Assembly: GCA_963701965.1 (NCBI GenBank)
Contig: OY969695.1
Location: forward strand, 1,760,001 to 1,824,000
Direction of reading: 5' to 3'
Length of the DNA: 64,000 bases
From: an uncultured Gemmatimonadales bacterium
GTDB lineage: Bacteria; Gemmatimonadota; Gemmatimonadetes; Gemmatimonadales; Gemmatimonadaceae
A program made the position numbers and the translations under genes. Shown in pieces: positions 21,728 through 33,093 of the stretch; position 1 is the stretch's first letter; every line of letters starts with the position of its first letter. The notes under the pieces were generated by a model. The model searched no databases. It had not been told where the DNA came from and saw only the letters and a program-made list of their open reading frames with translations.

Positions 21728-22393
21728 ATGCGCGACGATCGCGACGCGTGGGTGCGCCGAGGGCTTCGGCTGAACTACGTCACCCTTGCGTACAACGCCG
21801 TAGAGGCAATCGTGGCGCTCATGACGGGGCTACTCTCCGGGAGCGTCGCGCTCGTCGGGTTCGGGTTCGATAGCGTCATCGAGTTAGCGGCCAGCGGAGT
21901 CGCCCAGTGGCGATTGCGCGTGGACATCGAGATTGCCCGACGCGCCCGGGTTGATCGCCTGGCCGCCCGACTCATTGCGTGGTCGTTCCTCGCCCTCGCC
22001 GCCTACGTGAGCTGGGATAGCGTCACCGCACTGCTGGCCCGGGAACGCCCCCAACGCAGCCCGGTCGGCATCGCCATCCTCGCGCTTTCCGTCATCGTGA
22101 TGCCGCTCCTGGCCAGGGCCAAACGCCGGGTCGCCGAGGCGATGGGGAGCAACGCGCTCAGGGGGGAGTCTCACCAAACCGCACTGTGCGCCTATCTATC
22201 GGCTATCGCGCTCGTCGGTGTTGCGCTGAACGCGGTCGCCGGATGGTGGTGGGTCGACCCCGTCGCCGCATGCGTCATGGTTCCGATCATTGCCAAGGAG
22301 GGATTTGATGGGCTTCGCGGCCGCGCATGCTGCGCCGTGGTCACTGCGCCGGCTCGATCGCCTTCCTCAACCCAGCGGGATCGAGAATCCTGA
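21728..22393 (+). CDS. Cation efflux (CDF-like) membrane transporter
   Basis: YNAVEA, SVALVGFGFDS.IE, QT.LCAYLS, GWWW.DP. Confidence 0.82.
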   Translation: MRDDRDAWVRRGLRLNYVTLAYNAVEAIVALMTGLLSGSVALVGFGFDSVIELAASGVAQWRLRVDIEIARRARVDRLAARLIAWSFLALAAYVSWDSVTALLARERPQRSPVGIAILALSVIVMPLLARAKRRVAEAMGSNALRGESHQTALCAYLSAIALVGVALNAVAGWWWVDPVAACVMVPIIAKEGFDGLRGRACCAVVTAPARSPSSTQRDRES

Positions 22394-22916
22394 TCCGCCG
22401 CGGGCCATCCGTGGCGATCAAGCCGCGCTGCCGCAACGATCGCAAAACACGCACGACGACCTCACGGACGGTCCCCAGTTCGGCGGCGAGCGCCGCTTGG
22501 GACATGCCGATGTCGACGATGCCCTCGGCGACCTGCGGCCTCGAGATCAGGAGTCCAACCAGCCGGACCTCAGCGGTTTGGACGGCCAGCCGGTCGACGC
22601 GTTCCACGAGGGTGCGTACTCTCCGCGCGAGTCGATCCAACAGCACCCACGCCGTCGCCGGATCCACCGCAATCGCGGCCTCGATCGCGTCCCGCCCGAG
22701 CATCAGGCATTGCGTCGGCACCGTCGCCATGGCCGTGGCGGGAGCGACACCTCCGCTGTAGAACGGCACTTCGCCGAGCGTGCCGCCTGCCCCCTCGGTG
22801 TGCAAGACGTGCCGGCGGCCGCCGCTCTCGCGAATGACGCGTACCTCGCCCGAGATGATGATGACGAGGTGTGCGATGGGGCTACCGGCCGTCCACAACA
22901 TCTCCGCCAGCACCAT
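22341..22916 (-). CDS. Crp/Fnr family regulator, probably N-terminally truncated
   Basis: GEVRV, GEVPF, C-terminal HTH SQAALAAELGTVREVVVRVL; native N-terminus appears missing. Confidence 0.75.
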   Translation of the reverse strand: MVLAEMLWTAGSPIAHLVIIISGEVRVIRESGGRRHVLHTEGAGGTLGEVPFYSGGVAPATAMATVPTQCLMLGRDAIEAAIAVDPATAWVLLDRLARRVRTLVERVDRLAVQTAEVRLVGLLISRPQVAEGIVDIGMSQAALAAELGTVREVVVRVLRSLRQRGLIATDGPRRIRILDPAGLRKAIEPAQ

Positions 22917-22934
22917 AGTCCCAGACGATGGCCC

Positions 22935-23163
22935 GCCCTTCTCCAACGGCGATTTCTCGACCCCGATGTTCGTGCACATGCGCGACGTCCCGGGCACCGC
23001 CACGATGGCCGCGAAACGCGCCGCCATCGCCTACACCGTCTCGGACTTGCCGCGCGGCGGTGTGGTCCGCATCACCACGCACGATCCCGACGCGCTGGCG
23101 GCGGTGCACCAGTTCCTGGCCTTTCAACGGAGCGACCACCACTCCGGGCAACGCCCGCAGTAA
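22935..23163 (+). pseudogene. C-terminal fragment of a conserved secreted hypothetical protein
   Basis: FSNGDFSTPMFVH..VPGT..M...IAY...PRGG.VRITT.D...AVHQFLAFQRSDH with no start. Confidence 0.6.
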
Positions 23164-23247
23164 GAGCCTCGCGGCGCCAGGGATACCTGTACGGTCAGCC
23201 CCCCCGTAACACACTGGCCCCTGCAGCACGGCGGTGTGACCCAACGC

Positions 23248-25644
23248 TCACGTCGACGTGAGGGCCACCACAGGACTCACGCGTGTCGTCCCGAGCGCCG
23301 GCACGCTGGCGGCCCCCAACGCCGCCAGCGCGAACGCGATCACAGCGCCGACGAAGATGTCGGGATCGTGGGGACTGACGCCGACGAAGAGTCCCGCCAG
23401 CACGCGCGCCAGCCACCACGCGGCAACCGACCCGAACATGATGCCCGTGAAGGTCAGGGCGAGGGCGCGCCGCAGGACCGCCCCCAGCACGTGCGATCGA
23501 CTGGCGCCGAGCGCAAGCCGGATACCAATCTCCCGCCGTCTCTGGCGGACGACGTACGTGAGCACGCTATAGATGCCGACCATCCCGAGAACCAGTGCGA
23601 CGATGGCGAACATCGACGCGAGAAAGCTCGAGAATCGTGTCGTCCCCACCGATCGGGCCATCCGCGCCGGCATCGTCTCGATGTCCGAGACCGGGACGGT
23701 ACGATCGAGGCGGAAGATGGCCTGCTTGAGCGCCGCGCCTTGCGCGGCCGGATCCCCTCCGGTGCGCAGGGTGACGGCAACGAAGGGGCTCGGGGACTGC
23801 GCAAACGGCAAATAGAGCTCTGGCTCATCTTGGTTGACGAGTAGCCCGCCCTGCTTGACGGATGCCACGACGCCGACCACTTCCACGGTGTCCGGGGCAT
23901 TCGTGAGCGCCAACCGCTGGCCGACGGGATCCCGGCCGTTGAAGAACCGTCGCGCCAACAGGTCGTCGACGACCGCCACCTTCACCGCTTTCGCATCATC
24001 GGTCGCGAGCACACCCCGTCCGTGGCCGACGACGATGCCCATGGTCCGGAAGTAGTCCGGCGTCACGACGATTTGGGTGGCGACGGGCAGGTGGCTGGGA
24101 TCGACCGCGGGATCACCGACGATGGTAAATCCATTCTTGGACCCGGCGCCGTTTGGCCCGGGCACCAGATCACTGGCACTGGCGACGCGGACTCCGGGGA
24201 GGGCCGCGAGTTGCTCGACCACGCTGCCGACAAACGCGGCCCGTCGCTCCGGTGTCGGATAGCGCTCCGCCGGCAGATTGATCCGCGCCGTCAGCACTCC
24301 TTCCGGCCGGAATCCCGGATCCGTCCGCGCGATCTGGTCGAAGCTCTTGACCAGCAGTCCGGCTCCCGTCAGCAGCACGAGGGCGAGCGCGAGTTGCAGG
24401 ACCACGAGGCCATCCTGCAGCCGTCGATGCTGGACCGAGCTGGTGCCGCCGCCTCCTTCTTTCAAGACGCCGGCCAGATTGCCGCGCGAGGCCCGCCACG
24501 CGGGCAGCACACCGAAGATGAGCACCGTCACCATCGAGGTGAGGGCACAGAAGGCGACGACCCGGCCGTCGATGCCGACGTCGCCGAGTCGCGGAAGCGT
24601 CGGCGGCGCCAGCGCGCGCAAGACTCTGACGCCGGCGCCGGCCACCACGACGCCGAGCGCGCCGGCGCACAGGCCCAGCGTGAGGGCTTCCGCCAACAGC
24701 TCGCGCACCAGTCGGCCGCGCGTTGCGCCCAGCGCCGTGCGGAGCGCGAGCTCGCGGTCGCGCGCGAGGTATCGGACGAGAAAGAGATTGGCCAGATTGG
24801 CGGCGCCGATCAGGAGCACGCAGGCGGCCGCCGAGAGCAGCATGGTGAGTGCGGGTCTGACGTCGCCGACCAGTTGGTCCAGCAGCGGCACTGCCACGAC
24901 GGACCAGCCCTTGTTCGTCTTGGGATACGTCTGGGCCAACCGCGCGGCGATCAGGTCCAGCTCGTGCTGCGCGCCTTTCGGCTCGATGCCCGGCTTCAAG
25001 CGACCCACCACGCGCAGATAGTGTCCCCAGCGGATGACCTCGTCGGCGCTCTTGAAGCTCAGCCGCGTCCACAGTTCCGCCGTCCCGGGAATGCCTGGGG
25101 GCAGTACGCCGACGATCGTATACGGCTGATCGTCGATCGTCAGCGTTTGACCGAGGACGGACGCGGCGCCGCCGAAATGGCGCTGCCAGTACCCGTAACT
25201 CACCACGACTTCCGCGGGGCCGGCGGAGTCCTGGGCCAGGACGCGTCCCAACACCGGCGTGATCCCCAAGGCAGCGAACAGGCTGGGCGTCGCGCCGATG
25301 CCGGACACGCGCTCCGGCTCGTGCGGCCCGGTCACGGTGAAGTCCGTTTGGTAGTTCGCGGCGAGGGTGCTGAATACGCTGTTCTGCGCCCGGTAGTCCA
25401 GGTAGTCCGCTGGCGACACCGAGAACCACGGGAGCCCCATTTCCGGGTTGCTCTCGTAGATCGTGAGGACGCGGTCCGGGCTTCGGAACGGGAATGCCTT
25501 GAGCAGCACGCCATCGACGACGCTGAACACCGACGCCGTCGCGCCGATGGCGATCGCCATCGTCAATGTGGCGGCGATCGTGAACCCCGGACTGCTTCTG
25601 AGCCTACGGAGCGCGTGCCGGAGCTCGCGGATAGCCGTCCTCAC
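23248..25644 (-). CDS. ADOP-type ABC transporter permease (intact)
   Basis: LRHALRRL..SPGFT, NLANL, RELALRTALGA, REIGIRLALGA. Confidence 0.92.
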   Translation of the reverse strand: MRTAIRELRHALRRLRSSPGFTIAATLTMAIAIGATASVFSVVDGVLLKAFPFRSPDRVLTIYESNPEMGLPWFSVSPADYLDYRAQNSVFSTLAANYQTDFTVTGPHEPERVSGIGATPSLFAALGITPVLGRVLAQDSAGPAEVVVSYGYWQRHFGGAASVLGQTLTIDDQPYTIVGVLPPGIPGTAELWTRLSFKSADEVIRWGHYLRVVGRLKPGIEPKGAQHELDLIAARLAQTYPKTNKGWSVVAVPLLDQLVGDVRPALTMLLSAAACVLLIGAANLANLFLVRYLARDRELALRTALGATRGRLVRELLAEALTLGLCAGALGVVVAGAGVRVLRALAPPTLPRLGDVGIDGRVVAFCALTSMVTVLIFGVLPAWRASRGNLAGVLKEGGGGTSSVQHRRLQDGLVVLQLALALVLLTGAGLLVKSFDQIARTDPGFRPEGVLTARINLPAERYPTPERRAAFVGSVVEQLAALPGVRVASASDLVPGPNGAGSKNGFTIVGDPAVDPSHLPVATQIVVTPDYFRTMGIVVGHGRGVLATDDAKAVKVAVVDDLLARRFFNGRDPVGQRLALTNAPDTVEVVGVVASVKQGGLLVNQDEPELYLPFAQSPSPFVAVTLRTGGDPAAQGAALKQAIFRLDRTVPVSDIETMPARMARSVGTTRFSSFLASMFAIVALVLGMVGIYSVLTYVVRQRRREIGIRLALGASRSHVLGAVLRRALALTFTGIMFGSVAAWWLARVLAGLFVGVSPHDPDIFVGAVIAFALAALGAASVPALGTTRVSPVVALTST

Positions 25645-25646
25645 GC

Positions 25647-26042
25647 TTAAGTGTCTCCCGACACCGGCTGCCAGAGTTCGATCTTGTTCCCATCCAGATC
25701 GTAGATCCAGGCAAAACGACCATAGGATTCGTCCATGCGCTTGGCGTCGATCTGTACTCCCTCGTGTTTCAAGCGGTCGAGCAACGCATCCAGATCATCC
25801 ACGATGTAGTTGATCATGAACGGGGCGTGGCCGGGATTGAAATAGTCCGTGGAGCTGGGAAAGACACTCCACACCGTCACGTGTTCCGTTTGCGGGTCGT
25901 CGTGGGCGCGCCACGGGAGCATTGCGCCGGAGCCGGTATCCGCGAGCCCCAGATGCTTCGCGTACCATTCGCGCGTCTGATCGCGATGGGCGGATTTGAA
26001 GAAGATCCCGCCAATGCCAAGAATGCGACCGCGCTGCTCCAT
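25647..26042 (-). CDS. VOC/glyoxalase family protein
   Basis: GIGGIFFK, WY..HLG, FMINY.VDDLD, YGRFAW..D.DGNKIELWQP. Confidence 0.9.
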   Translation of the reverse strand: MEQRGRILGIGGIFFKSAHRDQTREWYAKHLGLADTGSGAMLPWRAHDDPQTEHVTVWSVFPSSTDYFNPGHAPFMINYIVDDLDALLDRLKHEGVQIDAKRMDESYGRFAWIYDLDGNKIELWQPVSGDT

Positions 26043-26226
26043 TGTGTCCACCGGTTTCGACGTTTCGGGCCGGTATAGCCGAACATGCGCCAATATGCAG
26101 ACCGACGGTGTCGAGCGCGAGTCCTAGACGTGACGCGCGCGACACCCTGAGACTATGGACAAATGGTTGGCCCTGGCATGGCGCCTGCAGCTCGACGCGC
26201 TGTCCCCACCATCCGAGGATATCCGC

Positions 26227-27376
26227 GTGTCGTGTCGTGTTCTCGCTCTGGCGAGTGCCGGTTGCGCACTCGCGCTGTGTGCTTGTGCCTCTTCCACTGC
26301 TCCATCGGCGGCGGTTCTACCACGAGAGGAAGTGGCGGCGGCAGCGGCGACCGGCCTTCCGTACATCACGGCGCACACGGCGGCGCTGCCTGGGCTCGAC
26401 GATGCTGCGCTCAGTGTGATCGCGATCAACGACTTTGGGGAGATCGTGGGGACCTTCGCACAGGGTGGACATCAGGCGTTCAAATACCAAACCACGCGCG
26501 GCCTCACCCTATTGCCGCTGACGCCAACCTCGATGCAAACCGTCGCGGGCGCGGTGAACAATCAGGGTCAGATCGCGGTCTCGGGCGTGGGGGTCGAGGG
26601 TGTGGGGAGTAGTGCCGGCATTTGGGATTGGTTTGGCGGGATCACGGCCCTGCGGCCATTGTCGTCGTTCGCCGCCGGGGAGGACTTCTTGTGCGTGCCG
26701 ACCGCCATCAATAGTTCCGGCATCGTCGGTGGGTCGTGTCCCGCTGGCGCTGTGAACAATTACCTCGCCACGATCTGGACAAAGTTCGGCACGCCATGGG
26801 CTTTGCAGACGAAGGCCGGTGATCCAATCGTCATAGGCTCCATCCAGAACGTGCCGTTCATCGTCACCTATACGGACTCGGGCTTCGCGAGCGGACCGTT
26901 GATTGACGGCACAGGCTTCGTGCGCTCCCCGGCCGGCGATATGCGCGTGATCCCCAAGCCGTCGATCACCGGTGGTTCGTTCGTTGTCCAGTCGCTGGCC
27001 GTCAACAACGTCGGCCAGGCGGCGGGCATCGCCACCGCCCGCACGACGGGGGTGTGCACCCGCGCGATCGTGTCGTTGTCCGGGAGCTCGGTCGTCGACT
27101 TGGGTTGTGGCGGGGCGGTCGCCATCGACGACGACGGCATCGTGGTCGGCACGGTGAACAACCAACCCGTGATCTGGACCGCGGCCACCGGCCTTCGCCG
27201 GTTGCCCGGCCTCGAGGGCGGCGCGGCGCAGGATCAGGAGACCGGTCAGGCGGTCGCCATCAATGCGAAGCGGCAGATCATTGGGCAGATCACCATGACG
27301 ACCGGCGTGACGCACAAAGTGCATATGGACGTTGCCGAGCGGGCCGCTGACGGCGACGCTCGCGGTCGCGCATTGA
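26227..27376 (+). CDS. Lipoprotein with HAF-type extracellular repeats; probable +1 frameshift at ~27322
   Basis: Lipobox LCAC; repeated AIN..G.IVG units; corrected end HKVIWTLPSG... Confidence 0.7.
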
Positions 27377-27386
27377 GCCGGGGCGA

Positions 27387-27611
27387 TTGGCCCGCGACAT
27401 TGTGATCGTGGCGGTCCCTCCGGTCCGGATACTCAATGTGTTCGGGCCGGCGGAGGTTTTTGGCGATGCCAACGGTCAGCATGGCGGCGATCCGGCCTAT
27501 CAGGTCACGATCATCTCGGGTGGGCCGGACCGCGTGGTGGCGAGCGAGATTGTCTCGCCATTGCACGCGGATCACACGTACCGGGAGTATCGCGGCCAGC
27601 ATCATGGGTAG
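27387..27611 (+). pseudogene. N-terminal stub of GlxA-type (DJ-1/AraC) regulator
   Basis: IVIVAVPPVRILNVFGPAEVF..AN...Y.V; ends at the GH15 3' end, no HTH. Confidence 0.65.
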
Positions 27612-29447
27612 TCGACGCCTGCTGTAGCGAGCTGCGGGGACTCGGCGTCGCTGGTCCGGCGCCGCAGTTTCTCCGTTTCCAGAACGCGGGCGGTGGTCAC
27701 GAGGGCCAGATGCGAGAAGCCTTGCGGGAAGTTGCCGACCTGCCTCGCGAGCCGTGGTTCGTACATTTCCGCGAGCAGCCCGAGGTGGTTGCGCAGTCCG
27801 AGCAGACGATCGTAGAGCGCGACTGCCTCGTCGGTCCGACCGACGAAGGCATAGTTGTCGGCGAGCCAGAAACTGCAGGCGAGGAACGCGCCCTCGCTCC
27901 CGGGGAGCCCATCGACTTGCGCGTCGGTGTCGTACCGACGCACGAAGCCGTCGCGGAGGAGGTGTTGCTCGATCGCCGCCACCGTACCCCGCACGCGCGC
28001 ATCCTGCGCGGGCAGGAACCCGACGTGCGGCATGAGGAGCACGCTCGCGTCGAGGTGCTCGCTGCCGTACGATTGCGTGAACGCGCCGACCCGTGGGTTG
28101 AATCCGCGTTCGCACACCTCTTCGTGAATGCGCTCGCGCAGGACCTGCAGTTCCGGCACGATCTCCCGACCCTCCTCGGCACCGACGCCGAACTCCTCGA
28201 TCAGCCGCACCGCCCGGTCCACGGCCACCCAGGCCATGATCTTCGAATGGGTGAAATGGCGCCGCCCGCCGCGTACTTCCCAGACGCCATCGTCGGGCTG
28301 CTGCCACACGCGCTCCACGTGTCTAATGAGTGTTCGGGCCGGTCGCCACACGTTCGAGGCGGCTTCTTTGAGTCCTAACCGCCGGGCCAGATAGAGGGCG
28401 CTCAACACCTCACCATAGATGTCGAGCTGGAACTGCTCCGCCGCGGCGTTGCCAATGTGCACGGGGCGGGAGCCCTCGTACCCGGGCAACCACTCCAGGT
28501 CCATTCTCCGTGAGCCGGCGTCCCCCGTCAATGTCGTACATGATCTGCGTCTCGGTCGGATCCCCGGCCGTGGTCCGGATGAGCCAATCGCGGAACGCCG
28601 ATGCCTCATCGACGTACCCTCCGAACATGAAGGCGTGGAGCGTCAGCGCCGCGTCGCGCACCCAACAGAACCGGTAGTCCCAGTTGCGGACGCCGCCGAG
28701 CTCCTCGGGCAGCGACGCGGTCGGCGCCGCCACGATGGCGCCGGTCGGCGCGTACGTCAGCGCTTTGAGCGTAAGGAGCGAGCGGACTACGACGTCCCGG
28801 TATCGTCCGGTGTAGGTGCAGCGACTCGCCCACGAGCTCCAGAACGCCGCCGTACGCGCGCGTTCCTTGGCCGCGTCGAGGAGCGGCGGCCCGGGGCGGT
28901 GCAATGGGTACCAGGCGAGCTGAAAGGCGGCCCGTTCGCCCGCCCGCACCGTGAAGTAGGCCAATGCGCGATCACTGGAGACCTGAACGGGGATGGTCGA
29001 GTGCAAGCGTAGAGTGTCGCGTCCCACGGTGAAGGTCACGTCGACCGACCCGTTGCGAATAAAGGGGTGGTTCGCGCCGTAGCCGAACCGCGGCTCGAGT
29101 GTCATTTCCAATCGTACTTCACCCGAGATCCCTTCCACTTGGCGGATGATGTCGGAGCGTTCGTCGCTCGGCGGCATAAAGTCGACCAACCGGACCGTGC
29201 CGCTGTCACAGGTGAATTCCGTCACGAGGACCAGCGTGTCCCCATCGTAGGCTTGTCGGGTTGACCGCACTGTCGTCATCGGTCGCATCGCCCATCGACC
29301 GTGCTCGTCGTACCCGAGGAGCGCGGCAAAGCACGCGTCGGAGTCGAAGCGCGGCATGCACAGCCAGTCGATCGATCCGGTTTTGGAGACGATCGCCGCG
29401 GTCTGGGTATCCGCGATGATGCCGTAGTCTTCGATCTTCGATGCCAT
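27602..29447 (-). CDS. Glycoside hydrolase family 15 (trehalase/glucoamylase-like), +1 frameshift at ~28505
   Basis: IEDYG.I.D, IDWLC.PRFDS, PT.SLPE..GG.RNWDYR..W.RD, QLDIYGE, EGAFLACSFW, GNFPQ.FSH. Confidence 0.92.
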
Positions 29448-29875
29448 GATGCTCCTCCGCCGCGCCAAGTCTCAATTAGAAAAATCGGAGGCGCGGGCGC
29501 CACGACACCAAGGTCTACTAGTGCCTCAAGGCAGCTCGCACGGCCCGGGCGGTACGCGCGTCAGGTCGAGGTCCTCGCCGACCACGTCAGGAGCCTCGAC
29601 TGACCCGCCCGGCGCGCGGACTGCGTCGCTGCGACCCCGGCGGCGACCGTCGCCGAGGTTCTGGCGAAGCTCGGTACCCTGATCGGCCGTGCGCAAACGC
29701 CGCACCGGTGGGCCTCCAACACCGGGCCGAAACGCGGCGCCGCGGAGATATCCGTTTTCTGTCATCGCACTATTGAGGCAATCGGTGTGAATGCATCGAC
29801 ATTCGCCCCGATGGGCGGTATATGATGTCGGTGTCGAGGTCATCACCGATCCTGTCGCCCACGGAGACGAAAGTC

Positions 29876-30158
29876 ATGCGCCGAATGAAGGTTCCTGCGT
29901 GCTTCGGATGTGCACGCATCCTGTTCCTTCTGGCTTCGGCCACCTCCGCGGCTCCCGCTTCAGGACAGGGGACCTGGTATCAATGCAGGTCTTGGGGCGA
30001 GAACGGGACCCATACGACCATGTTGTACGTCACGCCGTATAACGTTTGCTCCGACGGCCGGAGGGCTCCAGGCCGCGCAAACCTTCAAACAATCATTGGA
30101 AGATAAAGCCAAGCAAGGCAAGAAGCAGATCGTCGAAACCGGCTGGAAAAACCAATAG
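29876..30158 (+). pseudogene. Degraded secreted protein gene
   Basis: Signal peptide (ILFLLASATSAAPASG) in one frame, plausible C-terminus KQIVETGWKNQ in another. Confidence 0.35.
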
Positions 30159-30216
30159 CGGTGGTGCGGCAGCCGGTCGCGGGGTTGAGAGACCGCCGCC
30201 GATTGATTGCACAAGC

Positions 30217-30256
30217 AACGAGGCCAATTCGAAAAGCGCTGGCCTCGTTTTCTTTT
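30217..30256 (+). terminator. Rho-independent terminator-like hairpin
   Basis: AACGAGGCCA-N13-TGGCCTCGTT followed by TTCTTTT. Confidence 0.6.
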
Positions 30257-30452
30257 GATGTAACGCCACGACGATCTGGCAGTTCACGGCACTCAATGGT
30301 GGCGATTATCAAGTGTAACACGCACACCTGGCTGCTCAACCGAACTACGTCGCAGCTTCGGCGTAACTGACTCGAGGCGTAGAGGAACGACAATGGCGTC
30401 ACCTCATACGAGCACCCCTAAGAACCGCCTTGAGTGCCAGCAGAAACGCCGC

Positions 30453-30831
30453 GACGCCGGCCGAATCGATCGGCGCGATCACGCTCTCGTTGGCGCGCTC
30501 GAGTTGTTCGACCTCACAGCGGTAGATCCGCGTTGGCGTGACCATCGCCGACGGGAGATTTTGAGGGCGCGCGAGTGCTTTTGCGGCGTGCTCTTCGCGG
30601 AACACCCCGACCCGGTCGATGCGGTGTTCCTCCGGAAGTGCTTTCTGCAGTTCGCGACAGCCGCGCGCCACGCACGCTTGACCGGTAGGCAGAGTCGGCC
30701 CACATAGTCACGGACACACGAAGGCCGGGAAGGCGAGGAAATCCACCAGCGCGGCCTGGGCTAACTACCTGCGGGTTTTGAGGTTGTACGAACGCGCCCG
30801 GAGAGACTCGAACTCACAACCTTTTGATCCG
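30453..30831 (+). repeat. 379-bp direct repeat, copy 1 (partner of 62888-63266)
   Basis: Manual alignment, ~15 substitutions, no gaps (~96%); contains 3' part of gene 62780-63142 plus a tRNA fragment. Confidence 0.95.
30793..30831 (-). mobile_element. att-like 3' half of tRNA-Arg(ACG), copy 1
   Basis: Minus strand CGGATCAAAAGGTTGTGAGTTCGAGTCTCTCCGGGCGCG: T-arm plus acceptor 3' strand, no 5' half. Confidence 0.85.
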
Positions 30832-30844
30832 AGCTGGCGGCCAA

Positions 30845-33076
30845 CTAGGGCGCTATCCGATGCACGAACTTGACGGTGAACGTCGCGACCAATGGACGAT
30901 TGATCGCGCGGCTGTCCGGAAACCGAAAGCGCGAGAGCGGATCGGTCGTGTAACCGGAGTTCCACACGACGTACAGATCGTCCCCGATGACCGGAATCCA
31001 ATGGAACCGGAGGTCGAAATCGGTCCGATCGAGCGCGTTATCGTATTGCACGAATCCCAGGAAGTCCACGCGAGTCGTGAACGCGTACTCCAGCCGCCCG
31101 GTCGACTGAATGGCCACGAAATGGCCGACCGGCAACCCCACTTCGGTTCGCGAGAGGCTTCCGCCGACCATGAGGTGCCCACCTGACCGCCACGTCAGGC
31201 CGCCGTCGGTCTCGGTGCTGTGTCCGTTATAGAACGTGCCGGTGGAAACCAAGGCGAACCCGCTGAGCGGGCGGCCGAGGGAGGTCTGGTACTGCGCCCC
31301 TCCCTGCGTCCACCAATACCGCCCCGCCTGAATCGTCACGCCGCGAGAAATCGTGAACGTATCCGGCGGCGCGTCCATGTTCCGCAGGATCATCACCTGG
31401 AACTGGTCCCCATTGTTGAACGTCCCGCCGACCGGGTGCCACTCGATCACTGCATTCTGCCAGTCGCGCGCGTTCAGCAGCGACCCGTCGTGGTTGGCGT
31501 AGATGTCCCACGACGGCAGCAGGAAGTCGAACTGCCGGATTCCCAAGACATGTGGCCGTGGCATGAAGTCGATGTGCCCGTACGTTTCCCACGCGTCGGT
31601 CCGGCGCACGAAGCCGAGCGTCGGTGCGAACCCGGAATCGTAGCGCGCGATGGCAATGTTGTTGTCGAACAGGTCGTTCGGGAAATCCGTCGCAACTCGC
31701 CACGCCATAGGGGTGCCAGCGGTATCTGGTGTCCGCGTTCCCGCCACCCACACCGTCGGCTCGATGTTCTGACCCCCAACCACGAGCGGAAAATCGGCGT
31801 CGATGCCCGCCGCCAGGTCGCTCCCGTGCACACTCGACCCGGTGCGGGCGGTAACGATCGCGCCAATGTACGAGCGATCGAACAGGTCGCGTTTGATCCG
31901 CACGACGGCGTCGTTGGCGTCATCGATCCCGCCCGTCCGCGCGTCGAGGACGCCCACGGACCACGCGCCCATTTTCCCGTACAACCGGGCGCCGCCCAAG
32001 ATCGGCACGACGACACCGCTGTCCGTCAGACCGATGCGCCGCGAGTAAAATAGCAATGCCTTCTGATTGAACCCAAAGTCGAACATCCCACTCGACTCGA
32101 GGAAGAAGTCGCGCTTTTCCGGGAAGAACGTGGGGAAGCGTGTCAGGTTGATCACCTGGCTGTCCACTTCGACCTGCGCGAAGTCCGTGTTCACCGTGAG
32201 ATCCGCGGTCATGGTCGGTGAGACCGCCAGCTTTGCGTCGGCCCCGACCTTCCCGGCGAGACCCGCACCGCCAATCCGGTGGCCCACGGAGTCGTGCGGC
32301 GCCTGGTACGCGTCGGCCAGCACGTACGGTTTGACCTCGATATCACGCGCTCGACTCACGCCGCCCAGTCCGACGAGCTCCCCCTCGGCCGCCAGCTGAT
32401 AGATGCCCTCGGTCCGCCGCCACCCGCTCCACAAATCTTCTTCGTTCCGCCGTCGGATGAATCGGCGGATGTTGAACCCGAACGCGGCGCCAGCGCCCGA
32501 CTCGAACCGTAGGGTCCGAAACGGGATCCGAAAGATCGCCGTCCACCCCGCGGAGTCGCGGCTCGTGGCGACGTCCCAGATCCCGTTCCAATCTTGGTTG
32601 ATGTTATCCTGGTTGGTGATCTGCGCGTCCCACCGCGCGCCGTTGGCGTTCGTCTGAAACAGAAATCCGCCACGTCGGTCGTGGAAGCTGTCGATCAAGA
32701 TCATGACGTTGTCGTCAGCCGACAGGTCGGCGTCACGCCGGAGCTGTGTCGCCCGAATCCTGCTCGCCGCGCGATCCCAGGCACGCACTGCCACATACAA
32801 CGCGTCCCGATCGTGCAGGACTTTGACGACCGTGCGTTCGCTCCCTTGCGCGCCCTCCACTGGGTCGCGCTGTCGCAGGTCGACGATCGAGTCCGCCCCC
32901 ATCCAGACTGACGCGGTGAGCTGCCCGCCCATCGGCACGGCCGTCTCGACGGTCGTCGCGCGCACAATGCGCCGTTGCGAGCGCTCCACCGTCGAGTCCT
33001 GGGCACGCGCTTCCACCGCGATCGGGAGCGCTCCTAGCGCACATACCACTATCAGGGCGACCCGGCTGTCTCCCAT
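30845..33076 (-). CDS. Secreted CBM9-like plus DUF5916 outer-membrane protein
   Basis: Signal peptide; IDSFHD.R, WNGIW, IPFRTLRF, TVNTDFAQVEVD, FFPEKRDFFLE, FYSRRIG. Confidence 0.85.
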   Translation of the reverse strand: MGDSRVALIVVCALGALPIAVEARAQDSTVERSQRRIVRATTVETAVPMGGQLTASVWMGADSIVDLRQRDPVEGAQGSERTVVKVLHDRDALYVAVRAWDRAASRIRATQLRRDADLSADDNVMILIDSFHDRRGGFLFQTNANGARWDAQITNQDNINQDWNGIWDVATSRDSAGWTAIFRIPFRTLRFESGAGAAFGFNIRRFIRRRNEEDLWSGWRRTEGIYQLAAEGELVGLGGVSRARDIEVKPYVLADAYQAPHDSVGHRIGGAGLAGKVGADAKLAVSPTMTADLTVNTDFAQVEVDSQVINLTRFPTFFPEKRDFFLESSGMFDFGFNQKALLFYSRRIGLTDSGVVVPILGGARLYGKMGAWSVGVLDARTGGIDDANDAVVRIKRDLFDRSYIGAIVTARTGSSVHGSDLAAGIDADFPLVVGGQNIEPTVWVAGTRTPDTAGTPMAWRVATDFPNDLFDNNIAIARYDSGFAPTLGFVRRTDAWETYGHIDFMPRPHVLGIRQFDFLLPSWDIYANHDGSLLNARDWQNAVIEWHPVGGTFNNGDQFQVMILRNMDAPPDTFTISRGVTIQAGRYWWTQGGAQYQTSLGRPLSGFALVSTGTFYNGHSTETDGGLTWRSGGHLMVGGSLSRTEVGLPVGHFVAIQSTGRLEYAFTTRVDFLGFVQYDNALDRTDFDLRFHWIPVIGDDLYVVWNSGYTTDPLSRFRFPDSRAINRPLVATFTVKFVHRIAP

Positions 33077-33093
33077 CGGACGGCGGCGCGCCG

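Noticed and set aside
30320..30370. tmRNA tag-like peptide LAAQPNYVAASA
   Set aside because: No tRNA-like domain or pseudoknots identifiable; does not end in the usual AA pattern
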